A stretch of 64,000 nt of DNA from Tubulanus polymorphus. Lineage: Eukaryota; Animalia; Nemertea. The stretch is from NCBI RefSeq assembly GCF_964204645.1, contig NC_134028.1, positions 19,227,653 to 19,291,652 of the forward strand. The letters run 5' to 3'. The position numbers and the translations under genes were made by a program. The number at the start of each line of letters is the position of its first letter. Positions within the stretch are counted from its first letter, which is position 1. Under the pieces are notes generated by a model. The model saw only the letters and a program-made list of their open reading frames with translations, made no database searches and was not told where the DNA came from. Below, one piece after another: positions 54,177-64,000 of this stretch.

Positions 54177-55622
54177 ATGGATGTAGAAGGTGGAGAAGAT
54201 ATTGGAATGGATCCTTTAGATGAACCTGGTATAACTGATGAACAACAACCTGATTTTAGTGAAACAAGTTTTAATGATGGTAATGAGCCAGAATATAATA
54301 ATTTAAATATGCCTGATTATATTAAAAATGCAGAATCACAATTAAATCCTGAAAATTTAGACCCATATTTAGTAAAACAAGATTTAGATAATTTAAACAA
54401 AATACCTAAATTAAAACATTTAATTGAAAATTCTAAACTTAACATAAATAATGAAGACGTTGGGCCTTTAGCAGATCAATTAAAATTTTTAGATAATGGT
54501 AAATGTTATTATCGTTTGAAAGATGATTATTATATTAATATCTCTTATAAAAAAGAAGAAAAAATAATAGCAAAATCAACTTTAAAAAAATTAGAACCAG
54601 ATAGAATTAAAATAATAAGTAATAGTAATGAAATAACTGATGTTACACAAAAAGAAAGAGATGATAATATAGACGTATTTAAACAAAGAATTAATGAATT
54701 AATTGAAATAATCAAAAAGAAATCAGAAATAGAAACAACTTCTGAACAGAATATAACTTCCAAAACTAGTAAACTTAAATCAAATAAAGTTCCAATTGAA
54801 AAACTTTTACCGAATGGATTAATTGATGCAACAGATCAAGAATTAGAGGATTTAAATAATATATTTTCTGTTGAAGCAATTAGAGAAATTAAAAGTATAA
54901 GACTTGCATCTGATAAAATTGCGCATGATAAAAGTATAAGAGATTTTCAAATTAGAACTTTAGAAAAAGAATTAACTGATAAACATAAAGAAATAGAACA
55001 ATTAAAGTCTGATTTAGATCATCAAGTAACTGATGAAATAGAATATAGGCAAAAAGAATTACGTTTAGAAAAAGAAATTAATAATTTAAAAGATAATTTA
55101 GAAGTACAGAAAGAAGAAATTGAATTATTATTAAAATCATATGATTATAATATTAATAGATTAAGTTATTTTTAAAGATTTATTGATAAAACCAAATTCT
55201 GAAATATCATTAAAAGATAGAATAAAGTTATCATTTAAATTAGAAGGAATAACAATTCTTTCAATTCTAACAGCTGTAACTATGTTATTTACAACAATTG
55301 GTTTAGCAATATCAAATGCTTTGAAATCGACTCCTACTCCTAATAAACCGGATAAACCCCCGATGATAATTCTATACAAGATAAAGTTAAAGATGGTTTA
55401 AAGAAATTAGCAAAATATTTATGGGAACTATCTAAAAAATCTGCTGCAGCTTTACCAGGAATTATTGCCTCAATTGTTGGTTTTATATTGAAATCTGCTG
55501 GGAATATTCTTAACTTTGCTGCTGAACATATTATTTTATTTTTAATTACAGTTGTAAGTGCTATTATTTTTGGGTTAGTGAATAGATATCAAAAAGATAT
55601 CAAGAAAAAAATAAATAATTAA
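54177..55622 (+). pseudogene. acidic N-terminus, coiled coil and multi-TM protein, copy B, frameshifted
   Basis: ORFs 54177-55175 and 55183-55401 and the downstream frame match copy A's C-terminus. Start is in TAAATG. Confidence 0.75.
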
Positions 55623-55638
55623 TTTTTTTGTTAAATAA

Positions 55639-56886
55639 ATGAGTGGGAGTTATATAAGTCCTTCTTAGATTTCTAGAATATCTAATGCTATTAAAGCAGA
55701 AAGATCACATCATATAATTACTCATAATCCTTCAAATATTAATCCCGATGAAACTTTATATGTTAGAATTCCTAGATTAACACAAAATAATTTTTATGTT
55801 CCAAATAGTATTTATTTATCCGCCGATATAAAAGTAACTGGTCATGATAATAATTATGTTGTTGATAATGTTGGGAGATATTTGATTAAAAAATTAACTA
55901 TAAAGATTGGACCAGAAACAGATTCTCATTAGATGATTATAATTTATTTATGCATTATAAAGATTTATGGTTAACTAAAGAAAATAGAAATAATATATTT
56001 CAGGGTATTCAATCGGAAAACCATAATAAATTAAGATCTGAAGCTAATAATGCAGTAGTAACTGTAGTGCTGTAGATAATTTGATAAAAAAGATTTATGG
56101 AAGCAAATATAAAATTCCATTAGACTTTGAATTGATAAATAATAATGCACCTTTATATAAATATGTAATTCAAGAAGATATTATATTTGAGATAACATTT
56201 ACTCCTGTAAATGAAATTGTATTATCTAGCGTTGTTAAAGATATGGGATATAAATTATCGAATATATGTTTAGAATATGACACAGTAACTAATGAAAATA
56301 TTGCTAGCACAATTCAAACTCAATACAAGCAAGGATTTTCATTATTATATGATTATATTGATAAATTTAAAACTGTAACTATTAATGCAAATAATGAAAT
56401 AATTAATGAGAATATTAACTTCCCAAGAAGATCTGTTAAAGGTATATTAATATTTTTTACTATTGCAACATATTCTAATGGCGCAATAAAGGTTGATAAT
56501 TATTATAATCCTGAAATTATAAAAGTAGAAATAACTATCGAAGGAATAGCAAATAAAATAAATTTTGTCAAGGAATGAGAATGATAGATCAATGGCCAGA
56601 AATTAGAAAACATTTTATGAATGAAAAAGTAAAATCATTTGAAAATTGTAATATTAATCAAATTGATTATTATACCGGTAATAAGTATGCATTATGGTTA
56701 GATTTTAGAACAACAGAGGATAATTCATTACATGGTTCTGGGAAAAAACTACAGAACACTAAAGATGGAATACAATTATTCATGAAAAAGAAAAAAGGAA
56801 GCTTAAATTTTAAAATGCACATTTATATTATATCTGACGCAAAATTAAATATTGTAAATTCACAATTAGATAGTATTCAATATTAG
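55639..56886 (+). pseudogene. major capsid protein copy B (stop at codon 10 plus ~3 frameshifts)
   Basis: Collinear with 49389-50636 along its whole length (MSGSYISPS*...; ORFs 56081-56578 and 56575-56886). Start is in TAAATG. Confidence 0.85.
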
Positions 56887-56920
56887 AAACATAAAGTTAA
56901 AATTAAGGATATATAAGTGG

Positions 56921-58042
56921 GTGGTAGAAAAATCTCCTAATACTAAAGAACAATATTTAAGAAATTTATATTACAACCCTGAGAGTTCGGTTGCTTATTC
57001 TTCTACCAAAAATATATGGCGTCAAGTAAAACAAGATAAATTAGATAAGATAATCCCACAAAATTTAGTTAAATATAAAGATATAAATGAATTTATGTTA
57101 GAACAACCAACATATACAACACATAAAAAAATTGTTAGAAAATATAAAACTCGTAAAACTATGGTAAGTTATGTAGATCAACAGTGGCAAGGAGATTTAA
57201 TTGATATGAAAAATGTTAAGAAAGATAATAATGATTATTGGTGGTTATTGAATATAATTGATATTTTTAGTCGTTATGTATGGAGCTTCCCACTTTATAG
57301 AAAAGATGCTGTACAAACATCAAATATTTTAAGAAAATTTCTTTCGGATGATAAACTAAAACCAGATAAAATACAATTTGATGATGGAAAAGAGTTTGAT
57401 AATTCACTTGTTCATGAACTCTTAGATAATCATAGTATTAAATACTTTTCAACAAAATCGGATAAAAAAGCAGCAGTTGTTGAACGATTTAATAGAACAT
57501 TAAGAACAAGAATGTGGAAATATTTTACAGCAAATAATACTTTTAAATGGATTGATGTTTTACCAAAATTGATAGAAGGATATAATAATTCTTATCATTC
57601 TTCTATTGGAATGAAACCTATTGATGCTAGAAAACCTGAAAATGCTGAAATTGTTTGGAATAATTTATATGGAGCATTTCTTGTAGATGATTTTGGTGAA
57701 CCTAAATTTAAAGTTAGTCAAAATGTTAGAATTTCTAAGTATAAAAAGATATTTGACAAGGGATACGATCGAAATTTTACTAGAGAAATATATAAAATAA
57801 AAAAGGTAATAACAACAAAACCATATGTCTATAAATTAGAAGATTTAGATGGTGAAGAAGTTGATGGCTACTTTTACGAAGAAGAATTAAGTTTAACTAC
57901 TGAAAATCCAGAACAAGAATATAAAATTGAAAAAGTATTAAAAACAAAAACTATTAAAAGAAAAAAATATTCTTTAGTATGGGTTGGATGGCCAGATAAA
58001 TTCAATGAATGGATATTATCAAGTAAAATTAAAAATATATAA
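56921..58042 (+). CDS. retroviral-like (rve) DDE integrase with C-terminal chromodomain; start region mutated
   Basis: WQGDL (D), IIDIFSRY, QFDDGKEF (D), VVERFNRT (E), YNNSYHSSIGMKP. Chromodomain YKIEKVL...SLVWVGWPDKFNEWI. Confidence 0.93.
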   Translation: MVEKSPNTKEQYLRNLYYNPESSVAYSSTKNIWRQVKQDKLDKIIPQNLVKYKDINEFMLEQPTYTTHKKIVRKYKTRKTMVSYVDQQWQGDLIDMKNVKKDNNDYWWLLNIIDIFSRYVWSFPLYRKDAVQTSNILRKFLSDDKLKPDKIQFDDGKEFDNSLVHELLDNHSIKYFSTKSDKKAAVVERFNRTLRTRMWKYFTANNTFKWIDVLPKLIEGYNNSYHSSIGMKPIDARKPENAEIVWNNLYGAFLVDDFGEPKFKVSQNVRISKYKKIFDKGYDRNFTREIYKIKKVITTKPYVYKLEDLDGEEVDGYFYEEELSLTTENPEQEYKIEKVLKTKTIKRKKYSLVWVGWPDKFNEWILSSKIKNI

Positions 58043-58651
58043 AAGAATAAGGAATTATTTATATTTGAGCCTCATAATATGTTAATTTCTGGCGTAACAA
58101 ATTGTGGAAAAACTTATTTTATATTAAATTTATTAGAAACTGTTTAATAAAACTATTTTGATAATATAGTATTATTTTGTCCAACATATGAATTTAATCA
58201 AACTTATGACAGAAATATTACTAGAAATAATAAATTTATTATATTAGATCCTAAAACAGTAAAAGAAAATTTAGATAATTGTATTAAAATAGCAATTGAT
58301 ATTTATAAAGGATCAAATACATTATTCATTATAGATGATTGTGCTAATCTACATGATTCAAAAGTGAGAGAGAGTGAGTTATGTTATTTAGCTTTTTCTG
58401 GTAGACATTTTGGGATAAGAACTTGGGCTTTAAATCAAAAATATAATTCAATTGTTAAAGACTTTAGAGAAAACATTAGATTTCTAGTTTTATTCTACAA
58501 TAAAGATAGAAAATCGATGAAAGATGCACTTGAGGAAAATGATATTATTCCACATGATTTACATAATGAATATATGGATAAGTTGAAAAATATTAAAAGA
58601 TCAAAATTACTATTTAGATTACAACACCCATTTAAATATGAATTTATTTAA
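58043..58651 (+). pseudogene. A32/FtsK-HerA-type DNA packaging ATPase
   Basis: Walker A ISGVTNCGKT, Walker B LFIIDD, SGRHFGI signature. Two adjacent in-frame stops near 58145. The start appears to be ATG mutated to AAG, directly after the integrase stop. Confidence 0.88.
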
Positions 58652-58925
58652 ATTCAACTAGCTTGTTAATCTAGTATATTTTTAGTTACATTCTAGTTGA
58701 ATTCTAGTTATTAGTAGTTGGAACAAAAATCAAATAAAATTCAACAATATTTTAACTAGCTTGTTAATCTAGTATATTTTGAGTTACATTCTAGTTGAAT
58801 TCTAGTTATTAGTAGTTGGAACAAAAATCAACTAGATTTAACAGAAATAAATGAAAACAATATTTCAACTAGCTTGTTAATCTAGTTGAATTCTAGTTAC
58901 ATTCTAGTTGCAACAACACAACTAA
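58650..58925. repeat. three ~100-bp imperfect repeats rich in CTAG/CTAGTT
   Basis: AACTAGCTTGTTAATCTAGT near 58656, 58755 and 58867. TCTAGTTGAATTCTAGTT occurs in each copy. Confidence 0.85.
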
Positions 58926-58941
58926 TTTATTTGTTATATAA

Positions 58942-59547
58942 ATGGGAGGTGAAAAGAAAATAAAATCTAAAAATGGTGATGTTCCAATTGAAAAAACTTT
59001 AGATGATTTAGGAATAACAGAAACCAAATTAACTCCAGATGATGGTGCTTTAAATAATGTTACAACAAATAATAATTATAAATATTATCTTTATTGTAAA
59101 CATCATTTAGAAATATTAATAGCATCTGGAAAATGTAAAAATTTTACCGGTAAAAATTTAACTTATAATGAATTAGATACAATGAAATCAGATGAAATTA
59201 TTAGATTATTTAAGATTTATGAAACCGCGAGAACAGCTAGAATTAATGACGCGATATCAGAAAATGTAGTAAAAGGTTATAGTAAATTATGTAATTATAT
59301 GCTGCCAATTGGAGATGAAAATAGATTATATTCCGATTTAAAAAATGATTATTTAGTTATGACTGAATTAAATAAATGGATTGGATATCTATCATTTCAA
59401 TTAGGCGGATTTATGACATTATTATCAACTGGGGTTATAACATTTTCAAATATTGAAAGTAAAAATATTTCTATAATAAATGAGCGAGGTGGAAGAAGTG
59501 AAGGAATTAACTGTGAAGAAAAAAACGAGAACTCAGAAACAAATTGA
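58942..59547 (+). CDS. uncharacterised viral protein, 201 aa
   Basis: Intact ORF with viral AT-rich codon usage, TAAATG start and a hydrophobic C-terminal segment. Confidence 0.75.
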   Translation: MGGEKKIKSKNGDVPIEKTLDDLGITETKLTPDDGALNNVTTNNNYKYYLYCKHHLEILIASGKCKNFTGKNLTYNELDTMKSDEIIRLFKIYETARTARINDAISENVVKGYSKLCNYMLPIGDENRLYSDLKNDYLVMTELNKWIGYLSFQLGGFMTLLSTGVITFSNIESKNISIINERGGRSEGINCEEKNENSETN

Positions 59548-59835
59548 ATGGTCGCGGCAATTAGGAATTAAATCACAAGAATATAAAAAAGCTGTAAAAA
59601 AAAAATAAGTAATAAAAATGGTAAAAATATTGTTATTTCTACTCCTTCTAATAATAGAATATTTGATAAATGTCTATATTTTACAGTTGGATTTGTAATT
59701 GTATTCATTTTGATTGGGTGTAATTGGTATAAGGAATCAAATAAAATTCATGATATTTATAATTCTGAAAAAACTGCTATCAAAAATGAAAATACTTCTG
59801 AAATTCCAAAATTGATAATAAAAAAAATGGATTAA
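59480..59835 (+). pseudogene. small single-TM viral protein, frameshifted in an A-run
   Basis: TAAATG start, MSEVEEVKELTVKKKTRTQKQIEWSRQLG..., shift near 59600, then CLYFTVGFVIVFILIGCNW...KKMD*. Confidence 0.6.
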
Positions 59836-60869
59836 TATTTTAGAAAAAAAAGCAAAAAAAATAATTGAATATCTCACTACTTTTGTCTATCTATGCGGAG
59901 CAATTAAATTGTCCAGATAAGTCATTTCGGATTCTAGATATTCATTATTTTTATTAATTTATTTTGTTTTTTTAATTTGAAGTTTTTACTTGAATATTGT
60001 ATTACAGTCGTTTCTTATTATTAGTTTTTTCTTAAATTGAAAGATGGCAGCACTGGGTGTGGTGCTAAAATGAATATTTGAATTTGAATTTGTTAATCAA
60101 TTAACATGGTAATTGATTACTAATTTGATTAAAAATTATATCATAATTAAGCTAAAAATCCATAATTCATTTATCAGTTTTCATTCTTATATTCTTTTCA
60201 TTCGGAATAATTTATAATTTCAAATTTCACATATTTTTTTAGCACCAGCAACATTTACTTAGGTGTTTTAGCTAAGTATATAAGGCAATTCAGTCGACGA
60301 CTGGAGTGCCGCCGGGCTTGGCTTGCAGGGGCATTTCGAAAATGCACCTTTGTCCACCCTCCGTGGTTCTCCTTCAGTTTCGACTTTCGATCCTCCTTTC
60401 GGGGGTAAGGGGTTGATAGGAAATGCATTAGGCGCCTTTAATATAATCTGTTTCCTGTCAACCATTGAAGGAGAATTGGTGAGGTGTGGGTCACAGGGGT
60501 GTAAGTAGAAATGCTTGGGGATAGGTATCTCGTGGCGCCTCTCAATAACGGGATGCTTATCCCCTAAAAACTCTGTGAGTCAAGTCGGGTGGTTTTGCTA
60601 AAACTTACCGTAAAAACATTGAAATATTCCTTTTAATCACGAGAGAGAATGTATCCTCCTGCCCTGTGTGTGTTGTATGTACTGCGTGCTTATTATATAA
60701 CTGCTATAACAACAACGTTGAATTGCAACACCTGTTTGATCGATCAATATTCAAATGAAGCACTCTCTTATAATAACATGTAACAGATGTTTGACTGTAT
60801 GATTGTAGTTGTTTGTAAAACGACTAAGGTCATTTTGGATTCTAGATATTCATTATTTTTATTTTTTAT

Positions 60870-61196
60870 TTAATCAACAATTTCTAAATCATGATGACCA
60901 TCTTCATTTTTCCCATGATAGATTACTTTAAATCCTTCTAAATCTTTTAATTCCTCTGTACTCAATGAAACCCATTTATCGGGTAAAAATACTCTAAATT
61001 CTCGCGATGTACTAACATTACAGTAGCTTAAATTCGCTGATACTTTCTCTCCATATTTAGTTTTTATCTTTTCTAATTTCAATATTTTATGTTCAATTTC
61101 TTTTGTAACATCAACTAACTTTTTTATTTCAAATTGTTTTTTTGCTGGTTTAATTCTGTTATTTACTATTGCTAAGAATGCTTTTCTATCTCCCAT
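60870..61196 (-). CDS. 108-aa viral protein, possible OB-fold ssDNA-binding protein
   Basis: Intact ORF with TAAATG start. The TKYG...RVFLP pattern recalls small Polinton proteins; the fold is inference. Confidence 0.6.
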   Translation of the reverse strand: MGDRKAFLAIVNNRIKPAKKQFEIKKLVDVTKEIEHKILKLEKIKTKYGEKVSANLSYCNVSTSREFRVFLPDKWVSLSTEELKDLEGFKVIYHGKNEDGHHDLEIVD

Positions 61197-61417
61197 TTAT
61201 TAGGAAAAAAAATTACTTGTGGTGATGAGTGGTGTCTCGACCTCTCGACCTCTGGTATGAAAACGCCATCTTCTAATTACTATAGATGACAGAATTTTGA
61301 GAAATATAGATCACTGCACTATACCTGTATTGTATTGTGATAATTTTTTTGCAGCCTAGAAGAATACAACTTTTGATTAACGGACTATTATTCAAAATTT
61401 ACTTTCTTATTTTCAGA

Positions 61418-61700
61418 TTTGACAGCAATCATCCAAGAAAGGTGTTTAGAAAGTTGTATGCGGATTCAGCGGTATTCACCCTTGCTATCGATCCGAATGT
61501 GATACCGCACAACACAAAACCGGACATTATTCCTCCACCTGGATTATCGGTAGAAAGACAGTTGTATCTGTACCAAAAAATCCGGGAATTCTGCAGTTTT
61601 GAAACTAGAGACATAGCTTGTCCGTTACCGCAGGCTTTACCAGCTGCACCACAAGACTTACCTGTACCTGTAGTTGTTCCTTCCACTAGTGACTTGCCGG
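61418..61700 (+). pseudogene. exon-like fragment resembling the C-terminus of a DNA-transposon protein
   Basis: TTTTCAG acceptor, then FDSNHP...PPGLSVERQLYLYQKIREFC...DIACPLP. I recognise this motif from invertebrate transposon-derived proteins; superfamily uncertain. Confidence 0.45.
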
Positions 61701-63672
61701 TACCATCAGATTCTGGATTTGTGAAATCAGTGTTTCGAAGTGAATTAAACTTGATAGTAATCAGCCGTTTTCGCTGTCAAGTTCCATACGTAGCTCCGGA
61801 GATACACTTTATACAGGCATATGTGATAACTGTATTCTAATTGGTTGATCTGTGCAGTTTTGCTGTTGTAAGTGATGAAATAATAATTGAGTTGAATATT
61901 ATGAAGATAAAAATTTTCATTTATTGCCGATTTTATCTAGTTCCTGGATGGACTGCTGCTCTCAGTTTAAATATAAAATACTTTCATACAATAAGTGTTA
62001 TATGCTCTAGAATGATAAAGAATGACTTATTTATTTGATATAGTGCAATAATAAGTTACATTACTCAGAAAAAATCAATTAACTGTGAAATTCAATTTTT
62101 CCGAAAATATTTTCATCCTAAATCTATCATCCTAAAAAACCAATCCAGGAACTTAATTTTTGCTTGAAAAGGGGATGATGTCTTGTACCCCTGGTAAAAA
62201 TTTGGAGTCGATATCTCAATTCTAAGATACTGGTTGCTATGGTGGATTGATATTCCTAAGTACCGAGACTTTAACCGTCGATTTCTCAGAATCCTCTTCC
62301 GCTGACTTACAGTCTTCAACATTTAATAACTCAGTGAGTTTTTGAGATATCAACATAATTTTTTTTGCATTGGATTCCACACAATTGTGGCTTTCAAAAT
62401 ATGTATAGTACTCAATTTTGATAAGGTGACCCAAGTAACTGATTTTGCCAGCACCAGTCACATATTATCATAAGCGAAGAAGATAATGAACTGATATCAT
62501 TAGCCGAAATGGCATATATTCGAAAACCAGGCATGGACGAATAGATAAACACCAACTTTCAAAAGGACAACATGATAGAATTGTACGAATCGTTGGATTC
62601 CAAGTTCAGTACTGATACTATCAAACAATCTGTGCCGAGATACATACCAAATGGGACATCTATAGACTGTATTCCGTTCAACACAATGTCGCCACAGGTG
62701 TATAACAATCTCCCTGATTGCCAGTCTACTAGCATGTTGACCCCCTTGCTTGCTAACACCAACATTTACTCAATGTTAGCATTAGTTGTTGGGAAGTTGT
62801 TTTTAAATATTGGGCTGTAAAACATTGTAACAACATTTAGACAATGTATATATACAAACACGCCATCTGTTGAGGATACCAAGAGAAACTAATGATAATA
62901 CAACATTTCAGCAACATTGACCAAATTGCCAGACTAAATAAATTGAATTGAATTTTATTTAGTTTAGTTAGAAATCGAACACATTTTGCTTGTTCTTACA
63001 TAGTGGTTAGGCTACTAAAATGATATGAAGATTAGTTAATTTGTTAACTATTAGAAAGCTGTTAGAAAGCTGTTTGGAAGAAATATCCAAAATAAATAGG
63101 CCAAAAAGCGACAGTGTTGCCCCCGTCCCCGCCATTTTGGTTCTCACTGCGAGTTAAATAATAAGTTTAATAATTTTCCTTAGTTCATGCTTTAATACAC
63201 ATTTTACATCGATCTTGAATTGATTTCTGGTATCAATTGCATTTGTTTTTAATTGTTATACATCTCCGGACCCAACTAATAAGTATTGTAAAAGTTTTTT
63301 TACTGATGATTATATAAAAGGTTTTCATGAATGAACTGGAATTCATTTATAGGCCTATGCAGTAGAGTCGGCGAATGTGGGTCACTCTACACTTACAATG
63401 CTACTCCGTGTAAAATAGACATTAGTACCGGTACTAGCCTGGAGTGTGACCGAATCAGTGGCTTATTGGACAGATTTTTGATCACTTTTTACAGCGAAAA
63501 GATTTACTCCAAAAAAGCCTGTGACACTGAACAAATTTCATCAGATCATTTATCCTACGAATAGTTTTTCTAAAACTGCGATTGGTTGGTCAATTTTGAC
63601 AAACTGCGTGCAAAAAAAAGGTGCGTGGCTAATCCAAGAATGATACCATGTTTTTTTCACCTAATTATAGCC

Positions 63673-64000
63673 ATGAAGCGTCGACTCTCTAATCACGCAT
63701 GGATGTCTGCGAAACGGTCTCTTCAAAAGAGAACTATCATTCGAAATCAATCTAGTAGCGATGATGATGGTGCTGTTGCAGAACATAACTTTGAGGAACA
63801 TACTAGAGAAATTGTGATTGCGGCTGAAAATGAAATGAATGCATTGGAAAATGAGTGGAATTCCTCCGAAAACTCAGAAGATCAGGAGGAGATTGAAGGA
63901 GGCCATGAACAACATGAAATGCCACCAGCTGTCGAAGAAGCATACGTATTGGAAATAATTGATGATTATGATAATCGAAGCAGTGATGGCGACACAATGT
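63673..64000 (+). CDS. open frame running off the window; basic then acidic N-terminus, possibly a transposase
   Basis: MKRRLSNHAWMSAKRSLQKR...SSSDDDG...EDQEEIE..., no stop before 64000. No catalytic motif visible. Confidence 0.35.
   Translation, partial: MKRRLSNHAWMSAKRSLQKRTIIRNQSSSDDDGAVAEHNFEEHTREIVIAAENEMNALENEWNSSENSEDQEEIEGGHEQHEMPPAVEEAYVLEIIDDYDNRSSDGDTM

Larger units (their letters stand above)
43820..61290. mobile_element. Polinton/Maverick-like (adintovirus-like) endogenous viral element, rearranged, ends not defined
   Basis: Abrupt shift to very AT-rich, intronless, gene-dense DNA encoding pPolB, rve integrase with chromodomain, A32-type ATPase and two capsid-like genes. Confidence 0.92.

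Noticed and set aside
48533-55379. Antisense ORFs over viral genes (48533, 48567, 50601, 51493, 51686, 51795, 54545, 55161)
   Set aside because: Shadow frames with non-ATG or weak starts, no TAAATG, and a better gene on the other strand.
43821-61281. Possible Polinton termini AGTAATTA (43821) / TAATTACT (61274-61281)
   Set aside because: Only 8 bp match in very AT-rich DNA, with no extended TIR and no 6-bp TSD (ATTAAA vs ATAGAT).

Overview
AT-rich animal genomic DNA, probably a marine invertebrate (inferred, not provable here). It has three parts. (1) 1.1-22.4 kb: the 3' ~1,057 codons of a spliced VWA3A orthologue (+ strand, 23 phase-consistent GT-AG exons), with MITEs of several superfamilies in the introns. 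(2) 25-43.4 kb: a repeat field containing three tandem arrays with palindromic units, a decayed Mutator-like transposase apparently fused to a kinase C-lobe and a papain-like peptidase domain, and a truncated Penelope-like retroelement with a minimal hammerhead ribozyme. (3) ~43.8-61.3 kb: a very AT-rich, intronless, partly decayed Polinton/Maverick-like endogenous virus. It encodes a protein-primed PolB, a chromodomain integrase, an A32-type ATPase, two divergent capsid modules in opposite orientation, a short penton-like ORF and several membrane proteins. No protease and no TIRs are visible. The strongest lead: 8 of the 9 viral ATG starts I could place lie in TAAATG (the ninth is TAAAATG), usually after a T-run. 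This is poxvirus late-promoter architecture and suggests an integrating virus that depends on a pox-like helper's cytoplasmic transcription. All calls come from reading motifs by eye; no searches were run.
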